64,000 nucleotides of DNA from Eledone cirrhosa (taxonomy: Eukaryota), in assembly GCA_964016885.1 (NCBI GenBank), contig OZ024740.1, positions 201,996,001 to 202,060,000 of the forward strand, read 5' to 3'. Under the pieces are notes generated by a model that saw nothing but the letters and a program-made list of their open reading frames with translations, searched no databases and was not told where the DNA came from. The translations under genes were made by a program, and so were the position numbers. Every line of letters begins with the position of its first letter. The first letter of the stretch is position 1. Positions 1-12,073 of the stretch are shown piece by piece.

Positions 1-194
1 AAACTATAGCAAAACAGCAACTGGCATTTCATTTGCTATCCTGTGTGTATGTTTGTGTGGATGTATGTCTGAGTGTGTATTTTTGTAAGTGTGTCTGTGT
101 TTGCACGTTTATATTTATATACTCATACATATGAATGTATGCATATGCACATACACACACATAGACATACATATACACATACACATCAGTGTGT

Positions 195-342
195 TGAAAA
201 AATTCTAGTTTTATAAACTCCAAAAGGATGAAAGATAGTTGACTATGGCAGGATTTGAATTCATAGTAGTGAGAGCTGAAACAAATCCTGTAAATTATTT
301 TGTCCTGCACTCGAAATAACTCTGCTAATTCACTGACTGCCA
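195..342 (-). mobile_element. tRNA-derived SINE, degenerate (family also at 8850 and 10810)
   Basis: Shares 'aaggatgaaag...ggatttgaattca...ctgctaattcac' with 8920-9035; the reverse strand reads as a tRNA-like head with a B-box-like motif. Confidence 0.55.
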
Positions 343-1094
343 ATATTTTGTTAGTGTTTGTAATGATTTGTGTAAAAAATATCCTTGTTAGTCTGTGATA
401 TATTATATCAAATATACATTCCTGTTGTAATGATAAGAAGCAATAACAGAACTTTACACAATTTTGAAAGATTGAAATTTATATACAAGGTGATCCTCAC
501 CAGTAATTTTGGTGTGTTGGTGTGTGTTTTGCCAGGAGGGTTGGGACATAGTTTAGAAGGTCGAGTGTGATTTTTAGTTTCCTTGTGCAGTATGGATCAG
601 GGGTCAGGTGAGTGAGGTCATATGTAAGTTTATAGGATATGATTGCTTGAATACATGGATAGCTTTGGTTTGTTCTAGATGTACTTACATTTAAGTTTAG
701 GCAATCAATGGTCTTTATTATGTATATGTCCGTCATACTTTGATACCATGTGGACTGAGTTCTCCGTTGATAGGCCACTGTTATTGCATTTAATTGTGTT
801 TGGAGAGAACTTTGGATTGGGGTTGATTTGTTTATGTTAAGTTTATGCCACTGATGGCCTTAATTGCACACACACACACACACACAATACAGGATGGTTT
901 TCCAAAGGGGTTCAGGAAGAAAGCATAATTAAATAAGGTACTCAATACATTAGTAGAGACAGTGCATATTTATTTTATATAGGAAAGACTACCACATTGC
1001 TAGAGCTGTTTCATATGAAATAATCAGGACATTCCCAATGATTTCGTACAAATGAAACAGTTCTAGTCATGTAGTCAGAGTGGTAGTTCTGCTT

Positions 1095-1232
1095 GCATGG
1101 GTCCACCAATTATCAGTGAACCATGCAACATGTCCAGCCCATCTGAGTTTGTTCAGACGGTACTCAACGATAATGTCCTTCAATCTGGTTCTTTCCCTGA
1201 TCTGCTTGTTTCGGATGTGATCACATCCGAAA
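1095..1232 (-). mobile_element. RTE-like LINE 3' coding remnant
   Basis: Translation IRNKQIRERTRLKDII...KLRWAGHVAW matches the C-terminal 'LRWxGHV' motif of RTE-type ORFs. Confidence 0.65.
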
Positions 1233-1266
1233 TTGATAATTATATATTTATATCCAGTGTGAGAAT

Positions 1267-1301
<35 letters not shown>

Positions 1302-1689
1302 CCACCTGTACCCCATAATATTATGTTGCTCTTTTTATTTTACTGTTTAGTCAGGCAGAGAAGGGCAGTGCTCATGACCTTTAACAAAGCCTCTAAGACT
1401 GCTGGGTGAGAGAGAGAGGGAGCGGGGGGAAGTATTCTCAAACTCAAGACCTAATCTGGATGCTTGCAACAGAGTGAACTCTGCTAAAGTCACCCAATTT
1501 CCAGGTGGTAGTATTAAATCAGGTAACAGATTAAGTCTGTCACTGTGTAACATAACATCTATATAGAAACCACTATGTGTATCAGGTGACAGATTGTTTA
1601 CCACTGCCTTACATAATATAATACACTATGTGTATTAATGATGTATATGATATATTGTATTGTTGAACCTCCATCAATTCTGACAAGAG

Positions 1690-1976
1690 TTCCAGATGAT
1701 TGATCAACAGAACTGCCTAGTCTTGAAATGAATGTATAAGTGGTTGAGCATTCTACAGACATATACACCCTTAATATAGTTCTCAGGGAGATTCAGCATT
1801 ATAGCATGTGTCAAGGCTGACCCTCTGAATTACTGGTGCAACTAATTTTTTCCAACTGTGTGGACTGAAGTAACATGAAATAAAGTGTCTTGCTCAAGGA
1901 CACAACATGTAGCCAGGAATCAAACTAATGACCTTACAATTGAGCTGAGCACCCTAACCACTAAACCATGTGCCTT
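1690..1976 (-). mobile_element. tRNA-derived SINE
   Basis: Reverse strand begins AAGGCACATGGTTTAGTGGTTAGGG...GTTTGATTCC (A-box and B-box-like). The body 'tgaaataaagtgtcttgctcaagga' recurs at 8209 and, inverted, near 10450. Confidence 0.7.
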
Positions 1977-2393
1977 ATACAACACAGTGAAATTATATTC
2001 TTTGTTGCTTGTATTTGATTTTTTTCATCATACCAGATTCTTGACAATAACTCCAAGTGAAGTTGCTGGCTTTCTCATTAAGTAATTAAATATCTATTTA
2101 TTGTATAATCAAGTATTTAAGTATTTATTACGTGATGAAATATTTTATTATTATGCAAATAAGTATGTTATACAAGTGACATATATTTGGTCTCAGCAGA
2201 TTTACTAATGTAGTTATATAGATTTAATCTTAGATGTTCATAAAAGTCAATGTTAGGTTCTTTGTTCAATTGTTACAGTTTCTCAGAGAACCCTTCTTTT
2301 TTTCCTGATTTTCTACTCTTGTGCTCTTTATCTACTTTCCTCTCCTTCCATATAGCTGTAAATATTGGCTTGGCTGCAAATCTTGGATCTGCT

Positions 2394-2597
2394 TTAACCC
2401 TTTAGCATTTACATTACTCTATATTTACTATTGTACATAATTATCTCACATAATATCAAATCTACGAGATTTTGATGTTATTTATTTTGAGAACAGTACC
2501 TTAACATAAGTATGAGCAGCCAGTTATGGCCAGTTTGAACAGAAAGAGGTGAGAGAATTCTGGCTGGATACAGCCGGTTTAAATGCTAAATTGTTAA
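2394..2597 (+). mobile_element. piggyBac-like MITE copy 1
   Basis: TTAA-CCCTTTAGCATTT ... AAATGCTAAA(ttg)-TTAA: terminal inverted repeats between TTAA sites; internal sequence shared by six copies. Confidence 0.75.
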
Positions 2598-3150
2598 ATA
2601 GCTCTGTGCCAATGTTCTCCAGTGCTTGAGCTTTTCTGTTCATGAGAGACTTGGTAGCCAAGATAATTTCTTCTTTTTCTGGTGGTGTTGTACAGGGTGG
2701 TCCGAAAGTTTTGTCACCCCCTACCAAAAAGTAATGAGAAACAGTTTATGTTCCCATCACAGTATCCATGTATGCCTGTTTGTTCATTCTTGTCATCATC
2801 TTCAACGATTTGTCTGCCTCGTTTTATAGCAGTTTGCATTTCTCTTGAAGTTTCTCTAACATGGCTTCTTTAACCCTTTATCATTTACATTACTCTTTAT
2901 TTACTATTATATTTTCACAGTAAAGGCTTTACCTCACATAAAATTAATCTATGAGATTTTGATATTGTTTATTTTGAGAACAATACCTTAACATCAGTAT
3001 GAGTGGTCAATTAAAACCAGTTTAAACAGAAAGAGGTAAGAGAATTCAACTGGATACGGCTGGTTTAAATGTTATAGGGTTAAGGCTCTTATGCTTTTGA
3101 TGGTTTCCATGTGTCTGCTGTGATCCATTCCTTTCTCTTCTGCATAGTTC
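2598..3150 (-). mobile_element. RTE/LINE reverse-transcriptase-region relic interrupted by MITE copy 2
   Basis: PPEKEEIILATKSLMNRKAQALENIGTELF resembles the pre-RT 'EI..AI..LK..KAPG.D.I..EL' motif. RKEWITADTW lies on the other side of the MITE. Confidence 0.6.
2870..3083 (+). mobile_element. piggyBac-like MITE copy 2
   Basis: TTAA-CCCTTTATCATTT ... AAATGTTATAGGG-TTAA. Confidence 0.75.
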
Positions 3151-4000
3151 TCAGGCTGTGGAAGTCTTTCATTCTGATTTTCCACTGGTGTGGAAGTCAT
3201 TCATTCTGATTTGCTCCTAATTTCTGTTGAGATCATCTAAGTCTGACTATATATGATCCTTCATATCTGCCTAAGCTTGGAACAGATGAAGGACAAATAC
3301 CTTTATAGAGTTGGGTAGTTTCATGAAACCAGAGCTGGTTTTAGAAGGATTGGTATAAAAAGGGTTAAAAATGATATTTTATTTTCTGTAAGTAATTTTA
3401 AGAAATACATATAGCATTTATTTTATCCCTTCTGTGACACTAGAGCCCTTGCATTTCCCTTCCTTGTCTGTCTTCATAACCACAACATATACTTGAATAT
3501 TCAATGTAACTTTGAGTAGTTTTTATTATATATGTTCAATATTTGAATAAACTTTGGATTCATTTATGAAATAAATATGCTTTTAGTTATTTTAAAGTAT
3601 TTATGAAGAGATATTTGAAAAGATTGATAACTCCCCTCATTATCTTTTGTAGATAAATATATATTATATTAGCATTTTGAATATATATTGTAGATTGATA
3701 TATATTATATAAGCATTTTGAAACATTTAATTACTCACATTAACCTTTTGTTTTCAATATAGTGTGAAAGTCTTCAAGTTTATTCCTCTTTACAGAATTG
3801 GGTAGAAGTTAATTAATAAACCTATTTGCTTAATTGGATAGTCAAGCAGTCTTTGTAAGGTTTCTTTCTTAGTGAATAACACTATTCTAATCTGATAATT
3901 ATATTTTTCTCAATTGTAAATGTACTTTAGAGAGGAAAAAATCAAAATCATATTTTTTATATTTAGTGTCTTCAATACTTATTTAAAATATAGTATAGAA

Positions 4001-4080
4001 CAGAGGTTCTCAAAGTGGGCACTACTGCCCCCTTGGGGCATTGAGAAGGTCCAGGGGGTGCTGGGCCTAAGGGGGCAGTG
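4001..4080 (+). mobile_element. hAT (Charlie-like) terminal fragment
   Basis: CAGAGGTTCTCAAAGTGGG terminus preceded by GTATAGAA (an NTNTAGAN-like target). The matching right end was not found. Confidence 0.4.
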
Positions 4081-5459
4081 GTAGAGGTGATATAATAGTA
4101 TATTAAATATCAAATGATACATAGTATATATAAATATAGTAAAATAAAAAATATATAATATTTATTTATACATAGTATATATTATATTATTTATTATAAA
4201 TTGACAATTTTATTAATTACATATTTTTTACAATTTGCATGTAGGTAGATCTGTCTGGAAATAGGGTTGGGGGCACCGACTGTATTATGTGAGAACATAT
4301 ATGACAAAAGTACTTTCTGTGAAATGAAACATTGTTACAAACTGATTTATTTGGACTATTGTCCTCATATTGGCTGCAAAGTAATGTTTGTTTGAAAATT
4401 TCCTCCTTTACAGGAAATAATTCCATTTAAACATTGTATTGTTTATTTATAATATTTCAATTCTCTGTTTGTTGGTTCTGCTGTGTTTAAACCATACTGA
4501 AAAAAAACTACCATACTTGATGACATATAAGACTCACTTTTTTATGAAAAAGGTTTTAAAAATACCATCTATTTTTCCATGCTTGTACAAGGTAGATGAG
4601 ATGAGGGTGAGGATTATCCCCATCGTGGGTTTTCTGACTGGACACCCTTCCTATCACTAACCACTTTACAGCATAGACTGTGTGTATTTTATTATGCCGT
4701 CAGCACTAGAGATGTTATCTGTCAGGACTTAAGTCTCTCCTCTATACTTTATCAGTTATAATTTAGAGTGACTGCTCTCCTAGACAGGTTGCCTTCTCTA
4801 CAGCTTACAGAATCCACACCATCCCAGTGCAGTCCAATAAATAACTATTTATTCTAGAGTGACTGCCTTCTCTGCAGCTTATGGAGCTCACACCTAGTCC
4901 AATAGTATATATATATATATATATATATCATCATCATCATTTTTCCAAGCTCACATGGGTTGGCTGGGACATTTTGAGGCAGTGTTTTATGGCTTGATGT
5001 TCTTTTTGATATCAGCCGTTTTAGCCATTTTCTTTTGACATGCAAGGATATGGTGTACCTATCCTAAACCAGATACACACATGTATGTATATACATATAT
5101 ATGCACAACATTTATATACATGGATCTTACATGTGAAGTTGAGCTACATGTTTCAATAACATTATATGCTTACCTATCATTCCACAAATTTTTTTCCTAA
5201 TGATCTCTGCTGAAATGGACTTTTCAGTGTGGAATGGATACATTTTATTGTGCCACTTGTACTAGAGATATTGTCTGTCAGGGCATAAGTATCTCTTCTA
5301 CCCTGTGTCAGTTATAATTCAGAGTGACTGCTCTCCCAGATGGATTGCCTTCCCTTACAACTTATGGAGTCCATGTCTCCACTGTACTATAATGATCTTA
5401 TATGCCATCAAATATAATACATTATTTTTTTAAAATACTCAAACAGAAATAATGTTTCT

Positions 5460-5679
5460 TTAACCCTTTAGCATTTATATTACTCTATATTTATTATTGT
5501 ATTTTCACGGTAATGACTTTATCTCTCATAATTTATCTCACATAATATTGAATCTATGAGATTTTGATGTTATTTATATTGAGAACAACATCTAAACATT
5601 GGTATGAGCGGCAGGTTACAGCCAGTTTGAACAGAAAGAGGTGAGAGAATTCAAGCCAGTTTAAATGCTAAAGGGTTAA
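5460..5679 (+). mobile_element. piggyBac-like MITE copy 3
   Basis: Perfect TTAA-CCCTTTAGCATTTA ... TAAATGCTAAAGGG-TTAA. Confidence 0.85.
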
Positions 5680-7813
5680 GGTTCCCCATGCCCTATACAG
5701 AAATAATTCCATTGAAAAATGGTGTTGTTTCATTGTATATTTTTATATCTGTTGGTTCTGCAGTATTCTTGAAATGTTGAGAAATTTTGTTATATTCCTG
5801 TACTATATATTTCTATAATCTGTTGGTTCTGCTGTATTTATAAAATATTGAGAAATTAATAAAAATGGATGATTAAAGTACATTGATTTTTTTTTTTTTT
5901 TTTCTTTTCTGTTTGCTTCAGTTACTAATACGTGTTTCAATCAAGGAAATAGTAGCTATCAAGAATCAAAGGAAACAACTTTAAATGCACTCTTCAGAAA
6001 GTACTATTTCTTATATATATCATTTTTAATCACCTGCTCCCCCCTCCCCTTCCCAATTTACTGTATGCTTGCTGCTTCTTTAAATCATTTTCCATAAACA
6101 ATACGCTTTATTTGTCAGCTAAAAAATTTTATATCTGACAATTTCTATGCTGGTTGTTAACATACACCAAATATATATATATTTGTATCTTAATAACTTC
6201 TATGTCTTCGAATACTCTTTGGTTGTTAATATATACCAAATATAACTTTACATCCAATAACCATGTTCTTTAAATACTCTCTGGTTCTCCACATAAACTA
6301 CATATGTAAATCTTAATCTAAACAACTGTTTCATCACATACTCTCTTGTAGTCAGCAAAAATCAAATATATCATTTTATATCTGATAATTTCTGTTTTTA
6401 AATAGAATATTTATCCTTAATTTTATGAGAAAACCTATCTTTGTTGCTGCTATGATCAGTTTCTTTGTAACTTGTGATGGAAAATATATCAAACTGTGTC
6501 TTATTGCACTGTTTGGATACTTAGTAACCATTTAGTTTCCTCTTTGCAAGGCTCTTTATTTCAAATTCCCTTAAAATGTAGTTTTACTGTCTCAAATCAT
6601 CAATTTAAGAATTATCAAACTTATTTTTAAGAACTTTATTTTCTAGCTTCTTGGTTGGTGACTTTGTATATGCTTGTATACACTGACACCCACATCTACA
6701 AATTACAATAGGTGCAGACATTAGAGAAGGGCTTCACCAAGCTTAAAATGCCTACAGTGGCACCCCTATGACTCCATCAGTTCAAAGCAAAACAAAATGT
6801 GTTCTTCCCTAACTGGTTTATATTTATATTTGTGACAAAATATCCACATTTATGTGTAAATTTTTTGTTGTAGTGCACCCGAGCACTGTACACAATAATT
6901 TCATTATCATCATTATTATTATCATTACTGCTATCTTTTATAATTCCTTGAGAGAAATGTTGAAATTTCAATGTTTTACCAGACACAATGTAACATTTAG
7001 TCATTTGATTCACTTTTACATGTGCCATTGTTTGAAATTTTATTTGCGGGATTGGCTGACTTTGTTTATTTTGTATTAAACTTCTTTCCTGTGACTTACA
7101 TAAAATCACCTTAGTGTTCCCTTACTCCCATTAAGAATTCATTGTATTCTGGAGTCCGAGCAGCTTCTGTGTGTAAACCCCAACTATAATTTTCTCAATC
7201 AAGTAAAACTTCCCTTTGCTCAAACAATATTTTTTCAACTTTGTTTCCAATCAACTTCTCCTCATAAGTCAAACCATTTCGACCAATTCCCTTCAACTAT
7301 TTCCCTCACTTTTTACATAATTTGGAAATTTTTGCAAGGTACTTCTACAACCTACAGACCTTAAAAATTATAGGATCTGAAATCAATTAAGTCATTTATC
7401 ATGTTGAAGGCTCATCATTTCCCTACCTTCATTCCCCCTCCTTCTTTGTGTGTGTGTGTCACCAACCCCCTCTCTATATATATACATACATATCAAGGCA
7501 CTTGTATGATTAATGAGGGAACCCAAATGCAGAAAATAACTAATAATAATCAATTGCTATAAATAATAATAGCTTTAAAATATTGGACTAAATACCCCTT
7601 TGAATAGAAAAAAGTGGCCAGTAGCTGCTTCTCTGTAGTGACTACTGGCCACATTTCCTAAAGCTGTTGTTATTTATAGCAATCGATTGTGGTTATAGTT
7701 ATTTTCTGTATATATATATATACATACATACACCACATACTGTTCATGGTCAGAAGTGGTGAGATCTTATTTCAAGATGCTGAACTTCACAAAGGAACAC
7801 AAATGGAGAGAAG

Positions 7814-7855
<42 letters not shown>

Positions 7856-7989
7856 CATCATCATCATCATCATCATCATTGTTTAACGTCCATCTTCCAC
7901 GCTTGCATATATATATATATATGTGTGTGTGTGTCTGTGTGTGTGTAGATATATATGTATGTATGTATGTATCATCATCATCATCATCA

Positions 7990-8322
7990 TTTCATTTTAC
8001 GTCCACTTTTCCCTGCTTGCAAGGGTGGGACGGGAACTGATTCTGGCTTAATTTCTACAGCTGGATGCCCTTCCTAACACCAACCTCATTTACAGTGAGT
8101 ACTGGGTGCTTTTTTTGCCATGGCACCTCCACGACCACTTTGCAGTGGAATGATAGGGACCCCAGTCCCTATCATCTCATTTCTACAGCTGAGTAAACTG
8201 GAGCAATGTGAAATAAAGTGTCTTGCTCAAGGAAACAACACATCACCCAGTCTGAGAATTGAACTCACAACCTTTCGATTGCAAGCTTTGCCAATGCTCT
8301 AACCACTAAACCATGTGCCTTC
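7990..8322 (-). mobile_element. Adjacent SINE fragments
   Basis: 'ttctacagctggatgcccttcct' (inverse at 57595-57620) followed by a tRNA-headed SINE matching 1860-1976. Confidence 0.6.
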
Positions 8323-8849
8323 ATGTATATATATACTCATATATATATATATATATATGAGTATATATATATAGACACACACACACATACATTCATTTTG
8401 TTAAGGTTAAATAGTGAGTCTTGTTACTCTGTAGTTTTGCCTGTTTATCGTAGGGTCATCAGATTGTTTGTCTATCTAACTATTTATTTGTTTATATGTC
8501 TGCCTGCCTATCAAACTATCGTTGTATACCTCTATTTGTCTGTCTATCTGTCTACCTAACTATCTATCTATCATGTTAATTCATGAGCAGGCTATTCCAT
8601 TGATCATACTACTTGAATACTCATCATTAAAACCGACAGAGTTCCATTCCATAAATTAATTGTATTCTGGCAGAGTCCATCTTATTTGAAGTTATATCTA
8701 ATGAGCATCTAAAGCCTGTTTTGGTAGAGTCCATCTCATTCCAAGTTAAATCTATATAAGGATCTGAAGTCTACACTGAACATTAATGAATTGAGCCAGC
8801 ATGTGGTTAGGTGTATTGACCATGTACTCATAGATAGATCATGTAGTAA

Positions 8850-9037
8850 TTGTTTCTACTTTAGGCACAAGGCCAGAAATTACTCAGTACATTACTGGTA
8901 CTTTATTTTATCAACCCCGTAAGGATGAAAGGTAAAGTTAATCTCGACGGGATTTGAACTCAGACCATAAAGGGACGTAACTATGCTAGAAAGCATGACG
9001 TCCAACCCTCTACCGATAACTGCCAATTCACCGCCCT
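8850..9037 (-). mobile_element. tRNA-derived SINE
   Basis: 'actggtactttattttatcaaccc...ggatgaaaggtaaagtt...ggatttgaactcag'; an inverse copy is at 10810-11025. Confidence 0.65.
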
Positions 9038-9900
9038 TAGATAGATCATGTAATAATGTTTTGATATCAAACATCAACTACCCATTTGGTAGATTAAGCC
9101 TTTGTTCAATTAAATGACATCAACAAAAACAGACTTCGGATTATGATCATTGGGTGAAGAAGTGCTAGACGTTCAGTGTTGAAGAGGAAGGCCAACGATG
9201 ACATGGGGAGAAGTGGTGAAGCTGAACCTCAAGAAACTGAACCTGACAAAGGAAGGCAACAAGTAGTGAAAAGAACTTTTCTAACCCATGCCAACAAGGA
9301 AAAATGGATATAAAATTATATAATCTAGTCAGAATATGGTTCATCAACTAACCCAGTGAATTTTCCAGATTTCCATTCTTGTTCACAAAATGAATTGTCT
9401 ATTTTCATACTTTCATTTACATCTAAGCATTCTGATTAAGAAAAAATAGTTTAAAAGCTACTATATTTTCCAGCATCAAAGACATTTTTTTTCCTGAAAT
9501 ATGTCATGAAAATTTACAATGTTCTAGACCTAGAGGACAACAGTTACATTAACTCTTAATGTCCTGACCCACATGAATCATATTGGCAAGACATTCTTGA
9601 AAAGTTCAAAACAGCACTATGACTGTACCACATTAAAAATTAAAGTCTTTACTCTAATATTGCAAATTTTCACAGTTATCTGCCCACTAGTTAGGATACT
9701 ATTTCTATTTCGTGCTCCAGCCGACAGGCTGAGGTCATGTTGGGGTATCACAAGATGCTAAGAGTTTAAAAGTGTTGAAACCTTGTTTTGTTTTGTTCTT
9801 TTGTTGTTGTTTAACAATTTGTTTTTCAAATTTTGAAGTCAAAATCGAGGTGCATCTTTTAATGCCCAGAAATATGGTAATAACTAAAGAAATCATCCTT

Positions 9901-10066
9901 TTAACCCTTTAGCATTCACATAATATCAAATCTATGAGATTTTGAAAGTATTTATTTTGAGAACAATACCTTAACATCAGTATGAGTGGCCAGTTACAGC
10001 CAGTTTCAACAGAAAGAGGTAGAGAATTCTGGCCAGTTTTGGCCGGTTTGAACATTAACGGGTTAA
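9901..10066 (+). mobile_element. piggyBac-like MITE copy 4 (internally deleted)
   Basis: TTAA-CCCTTTAGCATT ... GGG-TTAA with the same internal core. Confidence 0.75.
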
Positions 10067-10374
10067 TACTCTATCAGGAATTTTTTCAATACATAATGTT
10101 TTTCAACATTACAACATCATGAGATTTTAAATTATATGATGAATTATTTTTTATATCATTTTCTATATATATTATATATATAAATATGGATTCTATTTTT
10201 GTCTGTAATCTGATATTTTAAGGTATACAAATAACCTTTTTATGTTATGAATTCAGTAATTTAATTACTCTTATATCTAAATGGGTCTCAGGTTTATTTT
10301 TTGCTTTTTAATATATATTTTCATATATATTCATTATTATCAATCTACCTTTTTTTTTCTGTTTGTTTATGTGA

Positions 10375-10497
10375 AAGCATGTGACCCAGAGGCTAAGGTG
10401 TTGGATTCACAATCATAAGGTTGTGAGGTCAACTACCAGATTGAGCAACATGTGTCCTTGAACAAAACTATTTTACATTGCTTCAGATCACTCAGCC
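10375..10497 (+). mobile_element. tRNA-derived SINE head, degenerate
   Basis: Reverse complement of the 8170-8322 and 1860-1976 family. Confidence 0.5.
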
Positions 10498-10641
10498 AGA
10501 GAAAGCCTTTGCCTTTCTCTTTTTTTTTTCTCAAATGTTTCTGAAAACATTTTAAAAACCAGCCATGTCTCCTCTATGGGTAATAGTTGAGAAGAAAACT
10601 AGGTAACCCTTAGAGATTAAAAAAATTGGACATTATATATA

Positions 10642-10720
10642 CATGATGTCCCCAAAAATGTATACATACTTCAACAGCATTCTAATCAAAGTGTGTATAC
10701 ATTTTGGGGGGGACACCCTG
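10642..10720. mobile_element. Tc1/mariner-like mini-MITE
   Basis: About 30-bp TIRs (CAGGGTGTCCCCC..AAAATGTATACACACTT) flanked by TA; a second copy is at 60586-60687. Confidence 0.7.
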
Positions 10721-10809
10721 TATATATATATATATATATATGTTTTTGTATTCATATTTTCATTCTTTAACCATTTGAATAATACTTAGGCAGGGTTTTA
10801 TTATCAAAT

Positions 10810-11025
10810 GAGGGGTGGATTGGCAGTACGGATAGAATTTGGACAAAAGGCTGATATATTTAGTTGACTTTCAACCTTCAAAATTCAAATCTCACCAAGG
10901 TCAATTTTGCCTTTCATCCTTCTGAGATTGATAAAAAAAAAATAAAGTACCAGTTATATACTGGGTTGATATAATTCACTTTCCCCTTCCCCTAAATTGC
11001 TGGCCCTGTACCAATGTTAGAAAGA
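10810..11025 (+). mobile_element. tRNA-derived SINE
   Basis: 'ttcaaatctcaccaaggtcaattttgcctttcatcct...aataaagtaccagt', the inverse of 8850-9037. Confidence 0.6.
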
Positions 11026-11290
11026 ATTATCAAATGAGATATAATAAACATGGTTAATAAATATCACAAAATAAAACCCATTTTTATATATATTGATATT
11101 CAATCTTTTCATTGGTTGTGATTATTGATTTTGTCAGTTTTTATCAACGTGTTCAATATATTTACTATATTTCTGTGATCATATTAAACCAATTTCTAAA
11201 AAACTCATATTTTGTTGTATTTTCTTATTTCTGTTATGTTCATCAAAAGATGTTGGAAATACTTCATAAGTAGTTATGAAAAAACTAAAT

Positions 11291-11484
11291 ATTCTATATA
11301 TACTATTATATTTTCAAAGTAAAGGCTTTACCTCACATAATATTGAATCTATGAGACTTTGGTATTATTTATTTTGAGAACAATACCTTAATATCAGTAT
11401 GAGCGGCCATTTACAGCCAGTTTGAACAGAAAGAGGTGAGAGAATTCTAGCCGAATATAACCGGTTTAAATGCTAAAGGGTTAA
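11291..11484 (+). mobile_element. piggyBac-like MITE copy 5 (left end lost)
   Basis: Internal core plus right end TAAATGCTAAAGGG-TTAA. Confidence 0.7.
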
Positions 11485-11752
11485 TGCATGAAACTGCATT
11501 AGCATTACATCCTTAGAAAGTATAAAACAACATTGTAACTGCATCACATTAGAGATTTTAGTTTTTATTTTAGTTTACTGCACATATTCATATTTCATAA
11601 TCTGTTCACTAATAAATATGCAACAAACCCATTTAAAAATATTTTCTGCTCAACCATTACAGGATGTTAAGTATTAAGGCCATGTTCCTTGCTAAAGCAA
11701 GAGTTTGCCTTGCAAGCCTCATGACAAGCTTTTTCATTTTGTTGTAATTAAG

Positions 11753-11904
11753 TCACATAATATCTAATCTATGAAATTTTTATATTATTTATTTTGAGAA
11801 CAATACCTTAACATCAGTATAAGCAGACGATTATGGCCAATTTGAACTGAAAGAGGTGAGAAAATTCTGGCCAGATTCCGTAGGTTTAAATGCTAAAGGG
11901 TTAA
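11753..11904 (+). mobile_element. piggyBac-like MITE copy 6 (left end lost)
   Basis: Internal core plus right end TAAATGCTAAAGGG-TTAA. Confidence 0.7.
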
Positions 11905-11958
11905 ATGATACTTTCCTCATTCATTAAAGGTAAGTATTTTCTACAGTGACTACAAGTT

Positions 11959-12054
11959 TGGTGTTTCATTAGACACAAGGTCTATTTTAACAAGGTATGG
12001 TGTTTCATTAGACACAAGGTCTATTTTAACAAGGTATGGTGTTTCATTGGACAC
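11959..12054. repeat. 39-bp tandem repeat, about 2.4 copies
   Basis: TGGTGTTTCATTAGACACAAGGTCTATTTTAACAAGGTA starting at 11959, 11998 and (partial) 12037. Confidence 0.9.
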
Positions 12055-12073
12055 CTGGTATAATTAATATATA

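Noticed and set aside
430-1066. Penelope-like relic and an 18-bp-arm inverted repeat at 1000-1066
   Set aside because: Too degenerate; no complete GIY-YIG or hammerhead core is readable.
1900-1976. tRNA genes
   Set aside because: The tRNA-like heads are degenerate, attached to SINE bodies, and lack a cloverleaf.
9660-9880. Possible host exon
   Set aside because: No recognisable product. The adjacent 'cgaggtgcatctt...aaatatggta' looks like a pogo/Tigger-type terminus, so this is probably a transposon relic.
11905-11936. Isolated AAG|GTAAGT donor
   Set aside because: No supportable upstream acceptor or exon; it directly follows a MITE end.
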